DNA from: Azolla caroliniana | Taxonomy: Eukaryota; Plantae; Polypodiophyta | Direction: 5' to 3' | NCBI GenBank assembly: GCA_043228905.1 | Contig: JBHGNT010000016.1 | Span: 3,472,001-3,536,000 of the forward strand | DNA: 64,000 nucleotides | Part shown: one piece after another, positions 25,367 through 39,888 of the stretch | How the letters are laid out: the number at the start of each line of letters is the position of its first letter | Numbering within the stretch: the stretch's first letter is position 1 | Position numbers and translations under genes: made by a program | The notes under the pieces: model-generated | What the model saw: the letters and a program-made list of their open reading frames with translations, nothing else | What the model was told of the DNA's origin: nothing | The model's database searches: none

Positions 25367-28300
25367 TCACGCAGAAAATATACATTGAGGAAGGTCCTTT
25401 TCGTAATTAGGGTATGTCTTGACAATTGGATTGCTTTCAAAGAAGTTAGTTGGCTTGATTTCAAAGCTCTCGGTAACAGTTGGCATAATCGGGAAATCTT
25501 CTTGACATGGGATATGATGAAATCCAAGTGTGTACCAAACAACAATATCTCGATTTTCAATGGGACGATCCCTGAAACCACAAAAGTTCAAAGTTTTAAT
25601 CAAATCTCATCTTAAAATCACAAATAAGCATACATAGCCAGGTGGGTTGGCCAAGTGGTTTAGACTAAGAGTCCTCCTTTGGAAAATCGTACCGTATATG
25701 TCAAGACTTTAACTCAACTAAATTGTCACAAACAAGGTTAAAAAATACATACTTTCTTGTCCACCTAGACAAGGTGTCATCTCCATGGCTTTGATATGCG
25801 AAAACGCCTCCTGCATACTCTTCACTTCTATTGTATGGTGTAACCCAAATCTAAAAACATCATAAGCCAATTAGACTACTGTGTAAGGACTAAGTATGGA
25901 GAAGGATAATCCAAAATCTAAAAGCATCATAAACATCAACAATGATGAATAGACAAATTACTATTATTGGAGTACGTTGAAATGCACAATTATAATGCCC
26001 TCTGCGAAGAGAGCCAAGTCTAGAGAAATAATTAACCCGCATCTAAATGCATGACTTAACACCAAAATAACAATAAAGTACACCCACAATTATAACAGGT
26101 AGAAGGGGAAAGGGGTCACATAAAAAACAATATGATAAAGACACAATAAAACAATGATAAATAACAAATCTACAATTATAATTTATATCTTTGCAAGAGT
26201 TTAGAGAAAGAAAGAAAGAAAGAAATATTAACATCTACTAGAGGCCAAAATCTGCCTATGAGAGAGAGAAAGAGGATGAGGACCTGGTTATTTGTGAATG
26301 CAGCTCTTATTTGTGGTGGATCATCAAGCGCCAACAAACTTCCGGCTGTCTTTCCTGATACAATCTTATAAGAGACAGGGTTTCCAACCTTGGTCTTCTT
26401 GTTTGGATTTTCGACTGTATAATCCGCCGGCTTAAAAAGGCTGATCTTTACCTTGGCATCATCTTCGGTCTTAGCAATGACTTTCTCAACTCCCCAGTAG
26501 CTCTTCCTAGGTGACATCCTCTCAGGAACTTTCTTTCTCACCATCTTGTTCTGAACGAATGTGTTGTCGATGCCATCCACATCTAGGTCCAAGTAGAAAT
26601 TGATAAAATGGTCATGAATCACACCTACAGTCTTTTCTGCAAGCAGTGTTCCGTACAGCTCGTCATTTGCCTCGGCAGCCTCTGTGACTGTATCGTGGGT
26701 TGTGCCTTTCACCATCAAGATACCACTCATACCAACCTAGTTTTGCAAAAGCAGAGATTATTTCCCTATTTTATTTGCATAAAAGGGCATGTACTCTTGC
26801 ATAGAAAGTCCATGCCACTAGCAATCTAGGGGACACAATTCAACCATTTTCCAACTTATATCTTTCATTATCTCCATTCTTTTGTAACACGATTCATGCC
26901 ATTTTAGAATATTGGTCATACGAAAGCCAGTCTATTAGGAAAAATAGTGACCACCTTAATATTCTCATCATTATCCATGTCAAACCCCACAGAGATGTTT
27001 GTGATAATAATGCACAACATCAAGAGTGTTCATTATTATTTTAGCATTTACATTTTAAGACATCTTTATAATAGATTTTACTTCATCTATGCAACTTTAC
27101 AAACAGAGAATGTACTGCAAAATATTGATGTGGTTTGAAATTACTTTAACACGAATCAATCCATCAGTTTGAAATTCCCAGTCTAGTATGTAATCATAGT
27201 TTGCTACCGAAGCAATAACACGGATGACCAAAGTCACCTTTGGTCGCACTTCCCAAATCTGTATAAACAAAAGCTAGAGGATTAATATTGAAAAAAAATG
27301 GATCCTAAACAAATTTGAAAAATAAAAGAACCATTTTTTGGAACATAACTTGAAAGACTCAGAATTGGACGTCTTAAAATTAACATCAATAGATTGGAAT
27401 TCATGAAATTTGAGAAACACACAATTTGGAGAATAATTCAAAATCAACAGCAAAATTTGAAAAACATTTACAAAGTGACAAAATTTTGAAGAATACACAC
27501 AATTAGACTCAAAAGAAATTTGAAATAATGACAACTTGAAACAGCAATCGGAAAGTAATATCAAATTATGCGAATGAAAAAGCATCTTGAAATCACTAAC
27601 AAATTGAAAAACGCAATTCGAAACTAATGATAAAACTGAAGAGCATATCAAAATCATCGAAACATCAAAGTGAAGGATCAAATACCTCTTTATCTGATAT
27701 GGGGCTCTCAGTATGCCGCCATGCCACATCTCCTGCATAGCTCTCAAAAATACAAAGCATATTTGGTCTAACATATGGTTTCCCATGAGCATCGACAAAT
27801 ATCCCATCCATATAGTGTGCATTGCGAGGACAGTCATTGAGAGGTTGAAGAGGCATGCATTGCAGCCCGAAACCATATTCACCAGCATCCATGTATGTCT
27901 TAAAATACCAACCTTCTGTAGGATCCATATAAGGAACAAAAAGTTCTGATGCATAACCCTTATAGAGAACGCTGCGCAGAATACCAGTGTCTGGGTCTCT
28001 GACCAACGCTTGAGAGATTATGGATCCAACCCGAAAATCAGGCTTTACATGAAATTCCCAATTTGCCCATTTCACTCTATGCCCTTGGACTATGAAGCTT
28101 GGTCCATCCGGTTGCTCCAAAGAGATTGTGTTCAACGGATTTAAAAATGGTGGCTTTTGAGCCGAAAGCCTGAAATCTGTGCCTTCCGCTTTTGGTAGAG
28201 GCATATTGTCATGCTCGATGTACTTGATAATCTGGGATCAACGATGCATCACTTTTTATGTTAATTTCTCACAAAAAATGAGCATAGAATCCACAATAAA

Positions 28301-30381
28301 TATCTATTATTTTAACAAATAAATGTTCAATCTAAACACATCTCCAATAACAATGCTATAAAGGAGTACACTTGTTGGAGCTCTTAAATACAAATGGAAA
28401 GAAGAACTAAAGAAGAGAGTGCACAATAAGATAGGTATCCTTTTATATACCAATAAGCCCCAGGATAACATAGCCATTTAAAGACTGTAGAGATCTAGAT
28501 AAAAATTGCAAGAAATAACCAGCACATAAAAGCAATCACAATAAAGTAGCTATCCCTTAATAATGTTTGGCTATTGCCAGGTGATCATCCAGAAGCTAAT
28601 TGACTCCATTGCTGTAACCTTGAATAAAACACTACAGTTTTAAACCATCGCCCTAGAATCTAGATAGAACAAAATTTAATAATGAATAATTGAAAACCCA
28701 TAGACCCTAGCTATATCAAGTGTTAGATCAACAATTATTAATTATAAACCCATTGACTCCAACATCACCAAGAGTAAGATCAAGGATCAAAACTCATAAT
28801 AAATAAAACCTGGCTGTAACAAGAGTTAGATCAATACTTATATAGCACTATAAGTTTTACCAAGAGTTAGATCAAAGTTCAATCATTATAAACCAAGAGT
28901 CAGGTCTATGATCGATATTCATAAACCATAAACCATAAACCATAAACCCTAGCTATAGCAAGATTTTAACCAATACTTGTTGAATTTACAGAGTCTATTT
29001 CGTTTAAACCAGTAAATTAAGTCTGTTATGTGGAGGTCTCAGCCAATTATATAGATATCTACTTCCATAAACCCTATCTTCAACTCTAATACAACTCTAC
29101 AATTACAAATCCATAAAAAAACTTGCCTTCACAAAAGCCATATAAATACTAATAACCCAGAAACCCTTGCTATAGTAAGGGTGAGAACAAATACTAGTAA
29201 ATGAACCCATACATCCTAGATATAAATCTTACACAACCCTTTACATATAGACTCCATAAACCCCATCCATGAAAAACGGATATATAAATACAAATAAGCC
29301 ACCAAAAAACTCTAAAGTGATATCAAATACTGATAAGCCTAGAGTGAGATCAATATCGAAAAACTCACAAACCCTACATATTGGGAGGGTTGAGATCAAT
29401 ATATTAATAGAACCATAAAACCCTAGCTAGAACAAGGGTTATTTCAATCCTACAGATCCCAGAAAACCCTAAACCCTAACCTCAGCTACTATAAACAAAG
29501 ATCAATATGTGAATTGATGAAATGGAATGAATTGAGAGTAGAAATGGATCTCTTACCTTCTTCAAGTCCAGGTCTACAACAATGGTTATCCCTTCAATGG
29601 GTCTCATGTAATAGTTTGAAGTATCCTCTCCATAATAACACTGCACTTTGATGAGACGCTTTCCTCCTTCTTCTTCTTTAGTACCATACCATCCAACAGA
29701 AACAGGAAGACATAAAACCTCTTCCTTCTTCAAGTTCCTGCTCTTCAAAGACTCCAGAAACTTACCATACCCCACAGGGAGAGAAGTAGCAATGTTCATG
29801 TCTTCGAAGGTAAGAACAGGTTTCCCAGTACCATGGTAAGTCTCTTCTTTCTCAATTCCATTAGAGTTCAGATTTACCACCATTTGATGCATTGCCCCAT
29901 CCATCATGAGAGTGACAGCAGCTTTTCTCGGAAGAAGAGGGTGTCCTTCTTGCCATGCCAATACATCTTCTTTGTCTGGCTCTTCAAGCACAACAGAGTG
30001 GAGGTAAGGGGGGCCATTTTTAGGGTTTTTGCCGAGTGGGTTCCTCCTGGATGACCACTTAGAGTTAGGATTTGTGTTAATGTTAGTGGTATTGGGGTTA
30101 GGGTTGGGTCTGTTGAGGATTAGGGTCTGGATTTGCAGTATCTCTGAGAAAGTTAGCGGGTCTAAAGGGTGTTGTGGGAGATGCATACGAGCTTGTTGTT
30201 CTCGAGAGTATTTGGTGAAGAGTTTGTTCCCATTGGATGAGAGAAGAGGAGAGGATGTTTCTCTGCAAGAAGCGAACCATTTGGGGCACCTTGTGAAACG
30301 AGGCTGTTTGAACCATAGCTGAAGAGCAAAGAGGCCAACAATGGTTAAGCTACACAGCACAGTGAAGCGAAAACAGTTCAT
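25367..30381 (-). CDS. CuAO: Copper-containing amine oxidase (CuAO / primary amine oxidase), 6 exons, ~746 aa, N-terminal signal/anchor
   Basis: Exons 30381-29557, 28231-27686, 27258-27145, 26736-26284, 25850-25753, 25571-25367 are GT-AG and in frame (2241 nt). Motifs: [32 protein letters not shown], topaquinone consensus NYDY, copper ligands HDH and GFHH, and QEDFPIMPT. Confidence 0.95.
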
Positions 30382-30584
30382 TGTTCGTTCTTATGGTTCC
30401 TCCAATTTAGTTAATACAGACTTGAAGAACCTAATCTCTGTCTGTGAATCTCTCTCACTCTCTCTCTCTCTCTACAATCACACACACACAGACATACATA
30501 TATACAGCTAGCACTGTTTGGTACCAGAACACATGTTTATGCCATGCATCTATGGCTCTCTGTGTCTGTGTCTGAATCCAGGCC

Positions 30585-31325
30585 CCATACATACATACCC
30601 CATTCATTCATTCATTCATTCATTCCATGAGCATACACATCCATCCAGCATGCATGCATGCATGCATACATACATGATACAATCATTCCCATAAGTACAC
30701 ACATCCATCCATTCATTCCCATGAGAAAGCATACATATCCCACACATCCATCCATTCATCCCCATGAGAAAGCATACATATCCCACACATCCATCCATTC
30801 ATTCCCATGAGCAAGCATACACATCCATACATCATGCATGCATGCATCCATTCATTCATTCCCATGAGCAAACACCCACATCCATCCATCCATCATGCAT
30901 CCATTCATTCCCATAAGCACTCACATGAACATCCATATACACATCCATACATCATGCATGCATGCATCCATTCATTCCCATGAGCAAACACCCACATCCA
31001 TCCATCCATCATGCATCCATTCATTCCCATAAGCACTCACATGAACATCCATATACACATCCATACATCATGCATGCATGCATCCATTCATTCCCATGAG
31101 CAAACACCCACATCCATCCATCCATCCATCATGCATCCATTCATTCCCATAAGCACTCACATGAACATCCATCCTATCACACTCACCATACACACCCCCA
31201 TCCATTCATTGCATGAAGCACACAACCATCCCATCACCCCCCCCAACCATCAACACATACTCCATCCATCCATCTATTCCATGAGCACACACATCCCATC
31301 CATCATGCATGCATGCATGCATCAA
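30585..31325. repeat. CATC/CATG-rich compound minisatellite (units ~45-120 bp) upstream of CuAO
   Basis: Repeated cattcattcccatgag..aa.catac, catcatgcatccattcattcccataagcactcacatgaacatccat and (CATG)n. Confidence 0.85.
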
Positions 31326-33994
31326 TGTCACCCTTTTTCACCCCCATGCATTCCGTCCCTTCAACCTACATATGTATAGCAATACCATGTCTTTTACCGG
31401 TGCTCACGAAGGACCCACCTGTTTCAATGTCTTTGGGTTACTTTTTTCCGAGAGGAATCTTGTCTAGCCGCATGCACGCTCCTCGATTTTCAATGTTCAT
31501 TCAATCACCTAGAGAAAATGCCTACATTATCAATAGTTTTGTGATTGCAAAGTTTGCGGTTGTGATGATTGTTAATATTTGGGGATTGGACGTAAGGGTT
31601 TTGAGTGTTCTAAGTGGCCAATAAATGTAAAAGAAAATGTGCACACATCAAAACAACAATGTTCCATCTTAGGTAGACACCATTCCATCATCACCATTTA
31701 AACAATCACACTAAGATGCCACAATCTAAATGGAATCATTATTGTAGATTGGAACCCTAAGTGTGTGTGATTATATATAGTGGTCGAGCTAAGGGAAACC
31801 GGAGAAAACAACAAAGGAGCTCACAGAAACCAAACCTTTAGGGGTAGAAGGGACAAGTCATTGTCATTTTTGTCTCTAATGGTTGCAAAAATTGCATTCT
31901 AATGAGCATGAGAGAGGTGGGTACCTACCATCTAAGATAATTGAATCATTTATTGAGTTGGTGATGAGTTTTAGCAGAGGGATTGGTCGTGGATCATCCT
32001 TTTCTATCGACACGGTTCGACCTAGGTCGTCTTTTTTTCCAACATCGTGGCTTAATTTGATCACTCGAAACTTTTGGCTTATGTAATTATGAGACAAGGA
32101 AATGTATGCCCACGCTATAAGAAGGTAATTACATTAGGGGGAAGTGCATGTACGAGTTATATGAAGGTTTATGAGTGAGCACATTAATGTAGACAGAGAT
32201 GATCGTTATGTGTGTGAAATGGTCGTCTATTACGAGAGCTTATGGAAATGGTTGTCTTAGGTCTTTGGCGAATGTTAGGTAAACACTTTGCGTTACCCGA
32301 TTGAATTTGCTTCCATGATTATTGGATTATGTATATCTAGGGCATCATGGCACAATTCCAGTGGTGGTGATTATTGTTATCAATTTTCTTCTATTGCTTT
32401 GTTGGATCTTTTTTCTTCATTCCTGGGTTTGCCTTTCTTTTTCCTCATCTCTTCTTGTTTTTTCTTCTGATATTTTTCTTCATTGTCTGTCTTTCTTTCT
32501 TTTCATTGACATCAACATCTTTGTCGATGGATCATCATCTTATCTCCACTAGTTGCCATCTCAATTGTTGTTGAACTCACCATCATCATGATAGCCGCTA
32601 GCCACAACAAGCACCAAATTTTGACTCAACACTTCTTATCCAAGATTTTTGAGCTCGTTATTGTCATTGTTTGCATCTCAATTTGTGGTTGCAAAGTGTT
32701 TGAAAGGGTGGATATAGGAGTTGAGATGCCAGATGCCATGACAACAACCCAATAAGGTTTGGATGGACTCAATAGCACTTCATTACTCTATCGACTACTT
32801 CATATTAGTTGATTGCAAATAAATAAGTTGTTTTACTACACGAATGACATAGTCATGTAGAAGATAGCTAGTAGAATACCTAGTAATTGTATTTCATTGT
32901 GCTACTTTTTTACAACCAAACGAAACACCATTACATTTTTCGAAAGATGTATTTCAATTACATTAGCCAACAGTTTCAAAACGGAAAACGTAAATAATGT
33001 AGTTGTTCAGTGTTTCCAATAAAACTTCAATCCATGATCTTCACACATTGGGAAAGTTTATCTTGTTTTTGTAGTTTTTAAAATAGGCGATATTCTAAAA
33101 TTTTGATATTCTTTGAAATTGAATGCTTTTTCAAACTTCGCTACTATTAGAATTGATATTTTGACGAAGTGTAAGGAATCTTTTAAGGGATGAGTTTGAT
33201 TCAAATAACTCTCTATGGATAACGACTTGATGCTTTCTTTTTCACATATTTCTGAAGTTGTGGTCCATGTACATTACTCAGATGTAATGTGATTATTTAT
33301 CTTTTTATTAACAATCAAAGATAAGTGTAATAAATAAAGTATAGTTGTAATTCCAAACCCTAATAAACCCAAAGGTTTTTCGAAAAGAGCAATACATATA
33401 GTGCTTAATACCATATCGTTGTCACTACGATGAAAGGATAAACCCTAGAAAGAGAATTTTCATGAAAGTATTGATCCATTTGTTGTGCTCATGTTTTATG
33501 TTAGGTAAATTGATTAATTAGCAAATGGGAAAATACGTAAAACTTGTATTGAAATGAGTGGGGAAGTGACAAAGTGTCTAAATTCTCAAAAATGTGCATG
33601 ACATTACCTTTAGCTTGGTAAAGGATTACGTGGTAGGTTTTTGTTTATGATCCTTTGTCTTTTACCTTTGGAAACCAAAATCCAGTCTAAGGCATCAAAT
33701 TTCAATGCCACATCCTATCTTTTGATGAAATGGAAGTAGTGTTGATACCAAATTTCTTCAAAATGTTAAACATTACAATACATTAATTTGATTACAATGT
33801 TGTACATATATAAGGTTGTAGAACCATTGGCATTTTAATGATCGTCTTAAGTTTGACCAATGGAAAAAGTGGTTCATTTAATGGTTAGACGGGTTAGGAG
33901 TTATGGTTATCAACCTAATGTATTATAGGTAATAGGAACCTTAGAGAGAGTTATAAGTTAAATCTCATTATCAACCACTAAATTGTATTCCTAT

Positions 33995-34652
33995 CTTCTT
34001 CTTTTTCTTCTTTTTTCCAAAAAAAACTCCTTCCATTAGTTATAAAATTTTACATATGAGAATGTTATATACAAAATCCAACAAGGACACGATAGTTCCA
34101 TCTTATATGGAGGCCCACTGACTCAAGAAAGGGAGAGGACGACCATTGTTGGATTAAGGCTAATCATTGTCTTTCGACTCGATCAGATCTGCCCATGAGG
34201 TCATCGTATTGGCTCTTTAGAGTGCTACAACTTCACTCCATATCTCTTGTAATAACACTGCTTGATGCACGGTTTGATTGGAAAAGTCTCGTATACACGG
34301 TTGTTTCCAGAAAATCCAAAGAGTTATTGGGCAGACCAATTCCAACACAACTTGAGCTTTGGCATTAATAGGAGTCGAGTGGATATTGTCAATGGTGGAA
34401 AACAAAATCCCTTGTGCCTTTATCACCCATGTCATCCCCTCCTCCTGACGTTCGTACTTGTCAACTAGGGCCTGCCATAATAACCAACATACATTCCCCC
34501 ACTTGATTGTGCCTTATACCTAGCATAATTGCAAGAGGCGGCCAACCCCCCGCCATATTTGATGGGTTTTTGGGCAGTCCCACGAAGCATGTTGGATTGA
34601 CTATGTTACATTTGGGCACGCTACACAATTAGGAGAGCTAAGGATCCCACGC
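33995..34652 (-). mobile_element. L1-type LINE 3' fragment (same family as 16706-17410), interrupted by the Copia at 34663
   Basis: Colinear homology with 16706-17292. Homology resumes at ~36956-37080 (ccaac.ggta.tgaccta...gtgtggtgttgtttccat...ggggaacatgatat). Confidence 0.8.
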
Positions 34653-34662
34653 TGCCATGCTT

Positions 34663-34933
34663 TGTTGGGAAACAGGTCTCTTCGGATGGGATCCGGACGA
34701 GTTGAAGGAAGGAACCAGACTGGATGGGTTTGAAAGGTATCCGGATACTAGATCAAATGGATCCGGAAGGAATCCGACCGGATCTGGTATGAACTAGCAA
34801 CTAGGAACATATTAGTAAATATGTATAGACACGACCGTTGAGGTCATATTTATAAATAGCCTCAAAGTTATAGTAGTATAAATATAACTAGGGCAATACT
34901 ATTATGTATGATCATCATTGTAGTTGTTATTGC

Positions 34934-35005
<72 letters not shown>

Positions 35006-36952
35006 CTCTGTTGTAACCGTCGGTTGGCGAAGATAGAGCTCGAGGTCGTTGTGTCTGAGTCTCCCATTGTATCTTTCTACTCATAGTGATAGTTGGAGTT
35101 TGTGGGCTCCCGTGGTTTTTTCCCTATCAGGGTTTTCCACGTTAAACATCTTGCGTCGTCTCATTTCAGTTTATTTTTGTTTCTTCCATAGTGTGATTGA
35201 GACTCGGTTGTGGCCGAGTGCTATTTCTTACAAACTGGTATCAGAGCATGGAAGATCCATTTGGCGGCATGTTCAAGCTCACTGGCTCCAACTAACCAGT
35301 GTGGAAGTCGATGATGAGGAACATGTTGGTGGTTAAAGATCTCTGGCTGCTGGTATAGTTTGGGGACAAAAGACCCGACAAGATCAATGCTGCTACATAG
35401 GAAATAATGCACATGAAAACGATGGCATAGATTCGATGCTTCATCGACATGAGTTTGTACAATAACTTTATCACCTTCATGTTCCTTGTTCGGCTCGACT
35501 GTTGCCATCGTACTTCGATTCGTCTGGTCGGCTTTGATCAATTGATCGGTTACTTCCGTGTTGGGTGCTTATCGACTACTTCAGTGTCGCCTATTGTACT
35601 CCCCCTCAAGCTCGGCTAGGAGAAGTACATGAAAAAGGTGCTACGGTTCAACATGACGTATGTTAAGCCGGTCGGATCGACACTTCCGGCAAATTGCAAA
35701 CTATTCGGAAGGTAGAGTTCAAAGAAAAAGGCAGAGAAGTCGGAAATGATGAAGATAATGTATGCCTCTACCATCGGAAGCCTCATGTACACAATGGTGT
35801 GTACACGACCGGATATCAGACATGCAGTTAGAGTGGTCAGTCGGTTTATGAACGATTCGAGAACTGGACCGCAGTCAAGTGGATACTCCAGTACTTGAAA
35901 GGCACCTCGAGTATGTGCCTCCAATTTGGCTCAGGTAAACCCCAACGTGAAGGATTCACGGATTTAGATATATCGGCTGATGCGGATACCAGGCGGTCTA
36001 CATCTAGATATGTCATTACTTATGCACGGGGAGTTGTATTGTGCAGTCGAGGTTGTAGAAGTCTGTTGTACTGTCGACAACGGAAGTGGAGTACATGGCG
36101 ATTGTAGAAGCCGGTAAAGAGGTAATCTGGATGAAGGACTTCATTTGAGAGCTAGGGATCCGGCATGAGGAATTCTGGCTCTATTATGACAATCAAAGTG
36201 CCATCCACCTCGCGATGAACTTGGCCTACCATTCCCGAACCGAGCACATCCAGAGGAAATATCACTGGCTCCGGGAGAAGGTAGAAGATAAAGAGTTTTT
36301 GCTGACAAAGATCCATACGGAGGAGAACGGGTCGAACATACTGACCAAGGTGCTATTAGCCGACAAGTTGGATGTATGCCGGAGACAGATCAGACTAACG
36401 AGACATCCCATGTTGGAGTGAAGGGGGAGTTTGTTCGGAAACAGGTCCCTCCAAATGGGATCTGGATGAGCTGGATCGAATGAGCCGAAGGAAGGAACCA
36501 GACCGGATGGGTCCGGAAGGTATCCGGATACTAGATTAGATGGATCCGGAAGCAATCCGGCCATATCCGGTATGAACCAACAAATAGGAACATATTAGTA
36601 AATATGTTTAGACGTGACCGTTGAGGTCATATTTGTAAATAGCCTCAAAGTTATAGTACTATAAATATAACTAGGGCAATATTGTTATGTATGATCATCA
36701 TTGTACTTGTTATTGTACAGAGAGAGAGAGAGGTCTCTGTTGTAACTGCCGGTTGGTGAAGATAGAACTCGAGGTTGTAGCCTATGAGTCTCCCATTGTA
36801 TCTTTCCTCTCATAGTGATAGTTGGAGTCATGTGGATTTTTCCCTATTAGGGTTTTCCACGTTAAACATCTTGAGTAATCTCATTTCTGTTTTATTTTGT
36901 TTCTTCCATAGTGTGATTGAGACTCAGTTGTGGCCAAGTGCAATTTCTTACA
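34663..36952 (+). mobile_element. Internally deleted, degenerate Ty1/copia LTR retrotransposon
   Basis: 5' LTR 34663-35232 and 3' LTR 36432-36952 (TG...CA, diverged). PBS TGGTATCAGAGC (tRNA-iMet) at 35236-35247. Decayed gag start, RT-end/RNaseH remnant ~35616-36421 (YHSRTEHIQRKYHWLRE), and PPT GAGTGAAGGGGGAG. The TSD is not clean. Confidence 0.9.
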
Positions 36953-38460
36953 CGGTCCAACTGGTAGTGACCTACCTATGTATTACTACCCATTGGAACG
37001 TGGTCATTCACCTAGTGTGGTGTTGTTTCCATAAATATTTTGGCCAAAACTTGGTAATAATTACATGGGGAACATGATATATGTGCCAAATCTTCGTACT
37101 AGCTGGCTCTCAAGTGGTTTGAGCGACTAGAATGTGGTGTCCCAATCTAGTCGTGAATTGGAAGAAAGGGATGGCTTTGCTTCCTAGACCCACATAAGGA
37201 TCGCACCACGTCTATTACAAAGGGTCCCAACTTACCTTACGTAGCCATGTGTTTTCATGAATACATATGTTCCATTTTGGTTGTACTTTGATCGGATCAG
37301 GGTCTACAATCCATTTACGACTTGTATATGCGAGTACTCGAATTGCCATGCTCGATGTTGGTAGCTAATTGTTGAGCAGTTCATGGCCTTGGATCCTGTC
37401 CAACATTTCCCTACGGCTTGGGATCAAGGAGCCCTCCTTCTCTTAGCCTATCCATTTCTCTGTTGTCGTCCTTTGATTAGCAATTTCCCCAAGCAATAGA
37501 GTGTTCGTAATTTTAGAACTCATATTCCATACGCCCTTGATTCCATGGAGTATGTTAACTTGATCTTGTAGTGGCAATGACATAAACCGTCTCTAACATT
37601 CTATCCATAAAAAAATCCTCCATTGTATTAAAATAGTCCACTATTACAATAAATATTGCATGTGATGTGGTTACATCAGGTTTTAGACTTGATGTCAGCA
37701 TACATTTGAGACATTGGACAACCATATATCCATTGTGGTTTATTCCAAACCATTTTGTCATTGCAATATCCCTTGTTGATAGAGCATTGTGCTTCTTTGA
37801 TGTTGCCACATTTGCCATATGTATCTAAAGGATGTTGTTGTGGTTTATTCCATGATGCAATATCCCTTGTTGATAGAGCATTGTGCTTCTTTGATGTTGC
37901 CACATTTGCCATATGTATCTAAAGGATGTTGTTGACTAGGATCTAAAATAATAACTTATAATTTCATCTAATTGTCAAAGGCAACTCCCATTCAAAAATT
38001 CAATGGTGGACTTTATATACACATGCCCCCTCAAGATTGGTAGATCAAATGGACATAACTAACCTATGTACCTTCCAAAATTGTCCATGCTTCTGAAATC
38101 GCAGTTAAGCTCATAACATTGTCACTACGATTGGCCCAATCTTTTTGGCACGACACATCATATTCATCAAAATGCAATGCTGAATCCTCGGCATTGAAAT
38201 CAATTCATGGAATATGATCCCAATTTCATTAGTGTATCTTACTTTGATGACCTCAAATTTGGTGCCCAAACAGAGTCAGGCATGACACACATCTTTCTTC
38301 ACATTCATTAAAAATATGGTCCATTCTTTGGTATGAATTAAGATGACATCAAATCACACATTATGACCACAATTGTCAGCAATAATATGTTTACTCTGGT
38401 GATATCAAGTTCATTTTTCCTCCATCCTTTTTGCATGCTTGTAGTTGCATACATATTCAC
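36953..38460 (-). mobile_element. Continuation of the degenerate LINE, with an internal ~93-bp tandem duplication (37761-37934)
   Basis: The first ~125 bp continue the homology with 17293-17410. The rest is decayed and its extent is approximate. Confidence 0.5.
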
Positions 38461-38680
38461 CATATACATATTGTTGAGCGGCAAGCTCAATTGGAGTCGG
38501 ATAGGCTGGATAAGCCTGAGCCGGTGAGCAACCGAGCCGGCAAGCAACAAAGCCGGTGAGCTGGGGAGCCGGTTAGTCGGATCCAATCGGTAACCGGAAG
38601 CCTAGTATTAGTTTAGACTACTAGGCAGTTATAGTCTCGTAGTATGTGTTAGATACTCGTGTGAGCATTGAAGTACGCGG

Positions 38681-39198
38681 TGTCGCATTATTACGCGTGT
38701 GCGTGTAGAAGGGGCAGGACCACAGGGGTCTTGGACTAGGGAGTGGAGGAGAAAGAATAAGACAGAAAATGGAAGCTTAGCTCAAGAGGAGGTGAGAAAA
38801 AATAAGACAATAACGTAGAATAGACGGGCAAGATGCTCAACAAGTTAGCTTAAGGAAACACAAACGCTTTACAATGGTGGCCGCCATGGCCGCACCAAAC
38901 GACTATGAGAAAAACCCTAAAGGAAAACCCAAGAAGAAAACCCTAACCGAAACCCTAAAACCGAATAGTAAACCCTCGACCTAAGTGGTATACCTCTCTC
39001 CCTCGAAATAGGCAACCCTTCATAAGTGACCCCTCCCTTCCTTTTATAGCCCAAGGAGGGAGGGACCTTACAATGTGGGATAGAATTTCCCCTCTTATTT
39101 CTATACACCATTTCCTAGTATACATGTGCACATGGTGCACACCACCGATTTGCCTATTCCACCCCGGTTTCCGCCTATGGACGAAAATCTTCACGACA
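38681..39198 (-). mobile_element. Solo LTR (518 bp) related to the gypsy LTRs at 51695 and 63782
   Basis: TGTCGC...TCTTCACGACA termini shared with 51695-52391, plus the shared ggaccac.ggggtcttggac motif. Flanks GCGG/ACGG give a near-perfect 4-bp TSD. No adjacent PBS or PPT. Confidence 0.8.
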
Positions 39199-39888
39199 AC
39201 GGTACTTCTGTCAGTCCCACGAGGACTTATATAAATAGTGCTACTGAGTGCCGTACACCGCGCTCGGCCACAACCGAGAAATAGGATCAAATCACAGAAA
39301 ACAGGAAATACGAAATGCTCCAAGACTACAGAGAGAAGAGTACACAGGATATTTTACGTGGAAAACCCTAAATGGGAAAAACCACGGGAGTCCTCAAACT
39401 CCAACTCACACTATACACAGAGATGTACAATGGTGAAGCTTCAAGGCAACAACCTTGAGTTCACTGTCTTCGCCACAGGCGGCGGCAATACACAGAGGCG
39501 TCGACCTCTTCCTTTCTCTCTCTCTCTCTCTCGGCTGCTCTCACTTCGCTCTCTCACCAGAACATAGAATGAGCAACAACATAAAACTGTTTGCCCTAAG
39601 TCATATTTATACACATATGACTTTCGGGCTATTTACAAATATAGCCTCAAGGGCCCTTGGCAAACATATTCACAAATATGTCCCCGCATCCGGATCTCTC
39701 TCCGGGTACATTCCTCATCCGGCTCCGTAGCCGGGTCTTCGTCATCCGGCTCCGTAGCCGGGTACTCTTCATCCGGCTTCATGCCGGGTACTCTTCATCC
39801 TCCGGTTCCGTAACCGCAACCGGGCTTGCTGTCATTCATCTCCGGACATCCCATCCGGAGGGACCGTAAATCCCAACAAACTCCCCCT

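Noticed and set aside
25637-25720. tRNA A-box-like GGTGGGTTGGCCAAGTGGTTTAG in the last CuAO intron (possible SINE or tRNA relic)
   Set aside because: No convincing B box, cloverleaf, tail or TSD.
29465-29481. Interstitial telomere or chromosome fusion scar
   Set aside because: Only about two TTTAGGG units, consistent with an ordinary telo-box.
786-30381. Functional gene cluster linking NDL, BES1/BZR1, DUF962 and CuAO
   Set aside because: There is no shared pathway evidence in the sequence, and adjacency alone is uninformative in plant genomes.
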